A stretch of 64,000 nucleotides of DNA from Chrysomallon squamiferum. Taxonomy: Eukaryota > Animalia > Mollusca. Shown in pieces: positions 53,666-64,000 of the stretch (its first letter is position 1; each line of letters opens with the position of its first letter). The notes beneath the pieces were generated by a model that did not search any database, was not told the origin of the DNA, and worked only from the letters and a program-made list of their open reading frames with translations. The stretch is taken from the NCBI GenBank assembly GCA_012295275.1, contig CM022671.1, forward strand, positions 24,986,001 through 25,050,000, in the 5' to 3' direction. The position numbers were made by a program, and so were the translations under genes.

Positions 53666-54540
53666 GTGAAATGAAATGAAACAATCTGACGAAAAATTCA
53701 TTTAATAATAAGCAAATTTATGTTCTACATAACATAAAAATTACGTCATTCATATATTTCAACGTAACATTAAAAATCAGATACTTGAAATATTTCCATC
53801 GACATTTTGACATTTTAATTTTCATGATTCACTCCGCAATTCTTTCATATGGACAGTATTCGAATCGTTGAAATGTTGACGATAATCAGTGTTTATTTTA
53901 AAAAGTTAATTACGAAAGTATAATGTTTTGATCAGGACTATGTTTATAACGTAAAATAGTCAAGATAATATAATTATTTTAAAATATTTTATGAAAGCTT
54001 TCGGTTTCTTGGTCGTGTTACGTATGTTAATTTAATTTCGGTTACACTATAATAACAATGACATTAGAGGCTAACTTTCTTTCGTTCAGTCATTTTATTT
54101 ATTTATTTATCTTATTCTATATTTTTTTTGTTTTGTTTTTTGTTCTTGACGTTCGTTTACTTGTTCAAAATATTAGTAGTAGTAGTAGTAACAGCAGTTG
54201 TTGTACTAGTTGTTATTATAGCAGTAGTAATAGTAGCTGTTTATTTTTTTCTACCATGAATAAAGTTAATTAGATTATCAGAAGTGTTGTTTGTTTCATT
54301 TGTCAGTCATTATTATTACTATTGGTATTCTTACTACTATCATCATCATACAAAAATCATTTTAGTACATAATTATTTTAACAATAGCATGTATAGAAAA
54401 CGTCTTCGAATATGATAACAGACTAATTTAAGATTTGCAAAAACAATCGTTTTAAATGTTGTTTAATGATAAATACTGTGGAATATAGAGCGAATACGTA
54501 TCAATAATATAAAAAACAAAGAATTAAGAGTATGTTAAAT

Positions 54541-54762
54541 AGCAACCAAAGCCATTACAAACATTAGTTTTGTCTCGTAGAAACTATTAGAGTGCTAGGA
54601 GCTCCTTGCTCATAAAATGGCCAATGACACCGAAAAGCATCGAAGATTTTGCAGCAGTCATCACTATGAAGATGATTAAAAATCTCCGACAAAAACACAG
54701 CTTTGTGCTCTAATTGTATCTTTTGCGAACATATCAGAGATATTAGCTACAGTCATTATCAT
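54541..54762 (-). pseudogene. 5'-half B-type pseudogene with extra deletions, head-to-head with A8
   Basis: Aligns by eye to 38990-39251 and 47490-47742. Confidence 0.7.
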
Positions 54763-55107
54763 GCTTAAACCCTGTTCAAAATTAATATGGCATTCATTCG
54801 TTTTTCGAATAGAATCTTAACAGCTGTAGAGTTACGCTCTCAAAATATTAATAGATATTAAAGTATTATTTGAAAACGGAATATATTGTTGTTCTTTATT
54901 GGAAATACCCTCAGCGATTTTTTTTGTTTTTTAATTTTTTCGGTTATTTCGAAAATGTTTCACATTTTATCTTCTTATACACCGAAAACTGTATGTGAGC
55001 ATGTATATAATATATATGTATGTGTCTCTATGTGTATGTACGTATGTATATATCTGTATGTATATGTGTGTGAATGTATATGTGTATGTATGTCTATATG
55101 TATGTAA

Positions 55108-55138
<31 letters not shown>

Positions 55139-55267
55139 TATATGTATGTATGTGCATGAGTCAATGTCAGTATTGATCGTTAGATGTCATTTCTGCTAAT
55201 GTATCACCAAAGAAACACTGAGCTGTAACTAGGTTTACCAATAAGCGCCTTTTTATCTTATAATATT

Positions 55268-55313
<46 letters not shown>

Positions 55314-55693
55314 GAATGCGTCAAATGTTTCATTAAAAATAAATTAAATTAAATTAAAACGGAAAACGTTACTTAGTAAATCACAGAAGAATGTCGTCAC
55401 GGTACACAGACATATACACAGACACACACTCACATATAGAAACGTACACACAAATACACATACACGCACATACATACACTCATTTATACTTGTACAGAAT
55501 CTTATTCATTTACATCGACAAAAATGTTTCGGGTTGACAACAGTTAAGTGATTTTTTTTTCAGCCCCTTTTCCACAACAATTAAGAAAGTAATGCTCGTC
55601 ATCAACATGAGTATAGTTTTGTGATTAGAGTGTAGAGAATGACCAGTTATCAACAAAAATGTCTTTTTTATGTTATTATTTATCGTAATGAAG

Positions 55694-55737
<44 letters not shown>

Positions 55738-56063
55738 ACATATACATACACACAGACAGACACACACATACACACATTAGTATTGGTTATTCTGCGTACC
55801 TACATAACTACCTTTCTATTTCGCGCGATTCTGTTTTACCTGTGTCTGTGAATAGCATGAGAAATAAAAAAATAAAAACACACAGAAACACTTAATAGCG
55901 AAGCCAGACTGAACAACTAATTTAAGCGCTCAGAATGTCAGGTTCTGAAACTAACAATATAATTAATTACACAGTACAAACCAACCAATTTCTCTAAAAA
56001 GACAACAGCCTTTTCATAAACATCCAACAGATAGAAACTTAAGTACTTGCATGTATACATGTA

Positions 56064-56160
56064 TATGTAGGTCATGCTGCCAATCAGAATTCTCAGTATA
56101 TAAATTATTTTACATATGTTAACCAATCAGAAGCATTACAAAGATAGCATAGAAGATGGA
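56064..56160 (+). promoter_or_regulatory. Partly decayed A8 promoter module
   Basis: TATGTAGGTCA 56064, CTGCCAATCA (one mismatch) 56077, CCAAT 56123; TATA degraded to CATAGAAG. Confidence 0.4.
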
Positions 56161-56560
56161 GAAATTAGAGCATTAACAGCTTGCTCTGATTAGCACGTTA
56201 ATTTTGTTCAAGGTTCAAGAACATTCACATTTCTCACCAAATCAGTAGCGAAACGTGTTACATTCAACTTATTAAGACAAGATGTGATTTAACTTTATAC
56301 CAGTGGTGACCAAAGTATTATCTTCAAATACATAGCAAGAAGAAAAAAGAAAGTAGTATGGATGTGAAAACTTCAGATTTTTCTTAATAAGGATAATTTT
56401 CTGCGTATAATCATTTTTACAAGATATTTCGCAGAAAGGAAGAATTTCAGTATTTTAATTTTATTACTTTTTAACGTGTACTACATCACCGTTAAATCAG
56501 GAAAGTTTATATTTCGGTATAAAAGACAAGTCGTATATTAATACTGAAGAAGAAACAACG

Positions 56561-57529
56561 ATGTCGATGAACGTAACCAATTCCTCTGACGTTATATCTA
56601 AAGGTATTATTGCAGGGGCCAGTTTTGCTACACTGTTTGCATTTTCATACTGGTAGTTCTTTGTAAAATTTGCAATGACCTCTGGAGTTACTGGTCTGTT
56701 CTTGCTTAACGAAGTTGTGTCAGACATAATTTCTCAAATCAATACAGCAATGCATTTTATGAAGTCAAAATTTCTCTTCACTTATGCTTTGGTACCTGCC
56801 TTAGGATCCGTCAAATGTTTCTCTATGATGGGGTTAAGTATTGTCCTGACTATTGCCATATGCAACATTTTGAAATATCTTGTGTGTGTTACAATAAAGA
56901 GAGTGAAGATATATATGACAGTAATCTGGCTCTGGGTTCCCTTTGTGTTGTGTTATGTTTATTTAGAAGGAACATTTTACACGGTGAATGAATATTCCAA
57001 CAGAGTCGATCCTAATTACACTTCAACGAACTGGTGGGTTGGGGCTCTTAACATGACAGGTAGAGCTGCTATTCCTTTGACTGTGATTACTGCATGCATG
57101 ATAAAAATAACCAGACATAAAAATGCTGCAATTTTAACTAATTCTAACGTTATGCAACCAACAGAAAGCAAAATACGTTTGGCTAATTTGAACACGATCA
57201 TTTTCATCACGTACATTGTGACACAGTTGCCATTTCACGTCGTTTACTCCCTTCACATCGTTGATTCACGAGTAATGATATCAGTTATTGTCTCGTACTT
57301 TTTCTGGATCTTGATGAAACCCGTTGGTTATTTATTTCTGATGCGCAATTTTAGATATACCGCGATGAAGATGTGTTGTCATATTTGCCTAAAGAAAACA
57401 AGCGGTAAATCTACCAAGGACGCTTCACTTAAAGCCCTACCGACTGGAAAGACAAACATACAACAAATTACAAAAGATAGTTCTATAAAAACAAGAAATG
57501 ATTTTAAATTGAGAGGAGAAAACCAATAA
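56561..57529 (+). pseudogene. 7TM receptor copy A8, disrupted in TM1
   Basis: Homologous ATG at 56561 (MSMNVTNSSD). A 13-nt deletion after ...ttttca produces TAG at 56654-56656, then a +1 T restores the frame. The remainder (56675-57529) is open. Confidence 0.8.
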
Positions 57530-59833
57530 TTACACAAGAAAATTAACAAGCTGATTTTGTAATTTCAATAAAAGAGAGAAAAATTAGCTACTTTCTATAT
57601 AGCTTGTTCAAACGATTCGAGAATATCGTGCAATACATTCTATATACCCTGGGAATAGTGAAACAAAATCGAGATATGTGAATGACTCAATAGTCCACTG
57701 TCAAATGTAATAAGTTCGAGAACACAGATCTGGAATAATATTTAATGTCTGGGTTGGTACTGTATATTTGTTTTAGACAGTTATATTAACAAACTAATAC
57801 TCATTTTATTATTATTTTACAATTGTTAAACATATCGAAATAATGCATTGTTTATTCCTAGACTACAGTTTTATTTTTGACAGTAATACAATATCTGGAT
57901 GATATCTGGTGTAATTGCATTTTTATTCTTATTATTAGTTCTTTAATCGTCACTGTTTTAATACTGAGTTTTCCTTATGATAATGATAATTGTGAAGACG
58001 ATCATAATAATAATAATCATTATGATTACGAGTATAATTATGCTTATAATAAATATTATGTTCAGAATGACCATGATAAAACTGAATAGATATATCTACA
58101 GAAATAAGGTGTATCATAGTCATAAATAAATAAATATATAACTTTTTAGTGAGAAAGTATTGCTTGTACATTTATCTTGATAATCATCATTACCATCATC
58201 ATTTCTCATTATTATTTTCATCATTATTACTATTATTATCATTATCATTGTTGTTGTTGTTAAGTTTAACTGCATTTTTATCGATTTGGAGTAAATAAGT
58301 TCTTAAGAATATAAATAATTGTAAGTTTGCACTGAATCTTCTAATCCCGTGAAACACATCCACTGTTGTGTTTTTTTAGAATTAACTTTGTACACTTCCA
58401 ACACTTAATAAGTGGATAAAATTAAAAGTGTTAAAAATTGTTGTTCTGAAAGGTAATAATAATAATATTAATAATAAAACAGCCACTGCAGCAATAGTAA
58501 TACTAGTAATAGTGGTAATAGTGGTAGTGGTAGTAGTAGTAGTAGTAGTAGTAGTAATAACAGTAGTAGTAGTAGTTGAACAATAAGTAGTATGTGTAGG
58601 TTAGTAATAGTAGTAGCACTGGCATTAAGTTTTGATATAATAATAATAATAATGATTATAATAATAATAAATAAATAAATAATAGTGGTTGTAGTATCAG
58701 CAGTAACAGTAGAATTATACGTCCAATATAGCAGTAACACTGGCAGTATGTGTGGGATGGCAGTTGATGTATAAGTAACGATAATAATCATCATCATCAC
58801 TGTCACTGTCATCATTATCATCATCGTCGTCGTCGTCGTCATCATCATTATTATTATCATTATTAGTATTACTAGAAACAGTACTTGTTATATTAGCACG
58901 AGTAATACTTGTAGTAGAAATGTTAGTAGTTGTTGTAGCAGAAAAAGATTAAGTAGTAGTAGTTGTTGTTGCTGTTGTTATTGTTGTTATTGTCTTAACT
59001 TTAATATATAACTATATATTTGTAAATGATAATAAATCTTAACTAAAAAGTAATTTTTGAAGAGTAGAAATACTATTAAAGAGTTGTTACAAATTTGTAT
59101 CAGCCTAATATATAAAAGAAATATATAAACTGGCGCAGATTATCCTATTTAATTATTTACATTAATCATTTTCTGCGCACTGCACAAAACACTGGCAGTC
59201 AGAGTTTGATTAAAATCTAAAGGAGAAAAGAATATATATATACTAATATTTTTCTAATAGTGTTGTTTGGATAATACTATTGAATTTAATTTCACATTCA
59301 CTGTAATCTTCAAAGCCATTTTATTAATATTTTTATTATCAATAAAAATGTTTGTTCTCATGTAGGTTTTTTTTTTTTTTCGCTTATTAAATCCTTTCAG
59401 TTGCTTTGTTATGTATATAATGTTTGTTTTTTTTTCGAACTTTTTCATTCGAAATGATTAGTTTATAATTTTTGGCCGCCTCGGTTTTCTTTTTCTGTTT
59501 TTCTTATTTTTCCTTTTTCTTCTTTCTTTCTTTCTTTCTTTTTTTTTTTTTTCTTTCTTTCTTTCTTTTTTTTTCTTTTTACATTGTTTTCTTTTTCTTT
59601 TTTTTAATAATCCATAATCCATATTCTCTCAGTTAATAACCCATATTTAAAATGCTATTCACAGAACACAGATAAAAAGGTAAAGATCCAAAGTAATATA
59701 CCAGAATGTTTGGAAGTGTAAAAACACCAAGAACACGGTAAATCCATTAATTCAGTATATTTATTATTATTTAATTTTAGATGAAAATGAACAAACATAA
59801 ACTAGAAGTAACATCCCTAGTTTCTTTTTTCCC

Positions 59834-59878
<45 letters not shown>

Positions 59879-61794
59879 TACTATCTTACATATATATACA
59901 TATACATACATACATAAAATGTACTGCCACTGTGGCTACTATATTGCTACTGTTTATTACTTCATAATTTCAGATGTGCTTTTTCATACAAAAAAAAATT
60001 TCATATTGAAAATGAACAAACATAAACTAGAAGTAACTAAAAGTAACACAACTGTTACTACTATATTGGTACTGTTATACTACTATTACTGCTCTTACGA
60101 TTAATACTATTATTTATGTATTATTATTATTATACCAAAAAGTAATGCCACTGCTATTGCTGTTAGTAACCTACATATACTACATATTGTTCTACTTGTA
60201 CTAATACTAAAGTGAACAAAGCTGATTCTAGGAACATACCAATCTAATTTCACAGGATTAGAAGATTTAGCGCAAACTGACAATAATAGCAAAACATTTC
60301 TATCACTGATTTATTTACAGCTGTGATACACATTATTTCTGTTGTTGTTGTTGTTGTTTTGTTATTATTTTTTCTTCTTCTTTCTTTCTTTTACATACAT
60401 ATGAGAGAACAATTAATTAATTTATATTCAGTATAGTTTCACCCCATGTCAACACATTACTTACATTATCATTAGCGTATACCATGCGTGGAAATCAACG
60501 TATTTCGTTTAATTCTGTTTCCATTGAACATAACAACATGGAATTACTGTTGCTGTCTAGTACATTGAGGCGAACGTCGAATGATCAAAGTAAACAATTT
60601 ACTCGACTATAACTGAAATTTAATGCAATAACTAGCACACAACAATTTTTTACAGTTTGTATGGATATCAAACGCAAATTTTTTCACAAAGAAGCTGAAG
60701 AAGCAGGTAAAGAATTCAGATAGTAAATTCCAGATTATTTGTCTGTGAAAAAATTATTAAAAAACAGAAATAAATCATGAAAATATATTTGAATCATTAA
60801 TAAACTATGCTCAGTCTTCTGTAGCATTTTATGAATATCAGAGTACAAGTACATGACTTGGAATGAACCGTTTCCTCGTAGAACAAGTTATGTATATAAA
60901 AATGCTTTCCAGAATGAGTACATTAATTTAAAATCTTTGCTATAATTTCATACGGTTTACTCCGTAATTCTTTCAAATCTACAGTACACTAATCGTTGAA
61001 CAATTCGTCCTAACTGGTTTAGCTTAAAAACAATTAATTACCAAAATAAAAATCCTTTGATCACAGTTACATTCGTAACGTATAATATTTTTCATGAGAT
61101 TATTCAATTTCAATTTGTCTGTTTGTTTGTCTTCTTTTTAGCTTGCAATAAAATGTTATTAATGCTAACACAGTTTGTCTTTTCTTTTCTAATTACTCAA
61201 AACAGATGCAAAGTTAATATACTTTAATTATTTATCTGATGTACTTAAAGACACACTGTATTTCAAATCGTTTACTTATTTATACTGAAACAGTAATTAT
61301 GATTAGCTCAGTAAACCGTTTCCCTTCATAAACCTAGATAACTCCTCTTATTCTGATATATACAGATGTATATCTACATATGTGCATATGTTTTGTGTGT
61401 GTATATATATATATATGTGTGCGTGTGAGAGTATGTGTGTGTGTATAAAAGGAAAGACAGGATTTTATAAATATATATATATCTTCCATAATAGTCCTTT
61501 CATTGCCAAGAGCAACAAAGAATTATAATTATTCTTTATATGTACTATATCTTAAAATATTAGTTTTTGGATATAATATAATAGTTTCATACTTAAAATT
61601 AAAGATGAATTAAATAAATATTTTTATTAAGTACAATGAAATTATGGTCTTTGCAGTTGAAACTGATTCGAAATTCAGACATAAACTGCATCATTATTAT
61701 TTGAACTGGGTCATAACTATAAAAGTTACTGAACTAAATTAGAAATCATGTATACATAAAGAAAATAAATTTTTGGCAGGTATATTTGCAATGT

Positions 61795-62133
61795 TAACGA
61801 AGGTACTGAAAGAATGTATTCAAACTTCACCTCTCAGAACTGGTGGGTTGGAGCAACTGTCTTGACCAACTGTTACAGCAAGAGCGCTACAGAAAGTAAA
61901 ATTCGTTTGGCCAAAATTTTTCATTTTTCATTTTTCATTGACTATTGCAACTTCCATACAGTAAAGTCATAATTAATGCATTTGTCGATTTTCTTTTCTC
62001 AATGTATCCTTCAGTCAAACTTTTTATATATTTAAATGTGACGCGAAATTTGAGACGTACTTCGTTCAAATCGTGTACATGTATTTGGAGATATAACACA
62101 CTTCACAGGAATGATAAAAATGTGGCAACATAA
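61795..62133 (+). pseudogene. C-type receptor pseudogene with TM5 deleted
   Basis: FTSQNWWVGA is joined directly to tgtcttgaccaactgttacagc, followed by the QLPYS...SVKLFIYLNVTRNLRRT tail. Confidence 0.75.
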
Positions 62134-62924
62134 AAAAATATGGAAAGTTTACGTTGACATCCGTTTTACTGAATGTAGCACTATTGGTGCTTAAGGTAAA
62201 GATTCTATAGAAATATAAAAATGACTCCATTAACGGAATATTAGTTCTGATCAAATGAATGATACTATATCTGCCATTTGTAGTTTTCTCGGTTTTACAT
62301 ATACTGTTAATATAACTTTGCTTTGAAACACTGGGTAATGCATATCTCAGAATACATTGCAGACAAAGCAAATCATCTTTGCATGATCCCCTCTTCAAAC
62401 AAATACTTTCTTATTTTTGAAATTTAAGTGCAGGTATAGTAATATTACTAAACATAGTTACGGTTATCAAGGCTTTATTATACTGTACTAATACATTTTC
62501 TTATTACGTTGTGTTCTTTTTCTTTCCAATAAGCATTTTTTAATTTTTCTTATTAGTATTTGTTGCAAAAGAATTTGAATAATGTGATTAAGATAAAGAA
62601 AAAAGACAAGTTTTTTTCCAGCATTAAAAATGTATAATTTCAACGAAATTTAATACAAAGAGACAAAATGAAATGAAACAAATTTAAATGGTAAATTCAA
62701 CATTATTTCCATTTTATTTTTCTATGAAAATACCTGAATCATTAACAAACTATGCTCAGACTTCTGCAGCAAATTATGAATATCGTAGAATGGAAACAAT
62801 TATTAATGACTTGGAATGAACTGTTTTACTGGTAGAACAAGTTATGTATATAAAAATGCTTTACAGAATGAGTATATTAATTTACAGTCTTTGCTTTAAT
62901 TTTGTGTGATTTATTCCGTGATTT

Positions 62925-63093
62925 CTTCAAATCACTGAGAGTGTTTAACTGAGATCGTCAGACACCAGAAAACTGCAGTTTTCACCAACTGTTACAACAC
63001 GAGAGCTGTATAAAGTAAAATTCTTTTGGATTGAAGTTTTTCATTTTTCATACACTGTTACAACTTCCATACAGTAAAGTCATAATTAATGCA
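62925..63093 (+). pseudogene. Short C-type remnant, near-identical to 53505-53665
   Basis: Same sequence and the same two deletion junctions as the 53.5 kb remnant. Confidence 0.7.
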
Positions 63094-63237
63094 GTGAAAT
63101 GAAATAAAACAATCTGACGAAAAATTCATTTAATAATAAGCAAATTTATGTTCTACATAAATTTAAAAATGAGACAATTCATATATTTCTATCGACATGT
63201 TCCACATAACATTAAAAATCTTAATTCTAATTTTCCA

Positions 63238-63870
63238 TGATTTACTCCGCAATTCTTTCGTATGTATAGTGTCTGAATCGATGAAAAGTTGACGATAATC
63301 AGTGTTTATTTTAAAAACGTAATTACGAAAGTGTAATGTTTTGATCAAAAACCTGCAATAGTCCAGATAAATATAATTCTTTTAAATACTTTTTGAAACG
63401 TCACGGTGTGTTGTCCCTGTAATGTATATTCATCTAATTTCAAATGAGATATCTCGTATATTTCCATCGACATGTTCCACGTTACATTAGAAATCAGATA
63501 TCGTATATATTTCCATCGACATGTTCTACGAAACATTAAAAATAAGATATCTCGTAAATTTCCATCGACATATTCTACGTAACATGAAAAATCAGTTATC
63601 TCGTTAATTTCCACCGACTTGTTCAACACTTTAATTTAGCAATGTTTGCTTGAATTCTACTTGATTTACTCCGCAGTTCTTTAATATGTACAGTATTCGA
63701 ATCGTTCAAAAGTTGACATTAATCAGCGTTTATTTCAAAAATTTAATTACGAAAGTATGTTTTGCTCAGGATTGTGTTGATAACCTACAATAGTCCAGAT
63801 AAATATAATTCTTTTAAATACTTTTGAAATTTCACTGTTTGTTGTCCCTGTAATGTATATTCATCTAATT
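63238..63870. repeat. Local direct duplication of ~200 bp (63238-63440 vs 63663-63870) flanking the 49-bp array
   Basis: gatttactccgca...aatagtccagataaatataattcttttaaatactttt...gttgtccctgtaatgtatattcatctaattt occurs twice. Confidence 0.8.
63445..63630. repeat. 49-bp minisatellite, about 4 copies; related copies at 46590-46700, 53750-53810 and 63180-63230
   Basis: The ttccatcgac core recurs at 63462, 63511, 63560 and (as a variant) 63609. Confidence 0.85.
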
Positions 63871-63943
63871 TGAATTGTTCTATAAAACCAATGACATTTG
63901 AAGTTAACTTTCTTTCGTTCAGTCAGTTTATTTATTTATATAT

Positions 63944-63982
<39 letters not shown>

Positions 63983-64000
63983 TTATTTGTATTATTCTCT

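Overview
AT-rich, microsatellite-dense animal DNA. The style is consistent with a mollusc such as an octopod, but this is inference only. The window holds a tandem/inverted array of an intronless class-A-like 7TM receptor family. There are eight 'A-type' copies of about 320-330 aa: four on the minus strand (A1-A4) and four on the plus strand (A5-A8), mirrored about an axis near 32.6 kb. Each sits in a 6-9.5 kb duplicated unit, and most units also carry dead relatives: a head-to-head 'B-type' pseudogene and a 3'-half 'C-type' pseudogene. Six A copies are intact, A5 has a 1-nt homopolymer frameshift in its C-tail, and A8 is disrupted in TM1. The receptors have unusual core motifs by eye alignment: DRY becomes VL[Y/C/S/T], NPxxY becomes K[P/L]xxY, CWxP becomes [T/S][Q/E]LP, there is Lys at 3.39 and Glu at 2.46, and the TM3-ECL2 disulfide is missing. 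Each A gene has a conserved upstream module (AGGTCA half-site, TGATTGACAG, CCAAT, TATA) and a highly conserved 56-nt exon-like block downstream on the opposite strand. Also present: a decayed LINE (ORF1 tail plus AP endonuclease), tRNA-derived SINE copies, a solo Tc1/mariner-like TIR, minisatellites and several rearrangement junctions.
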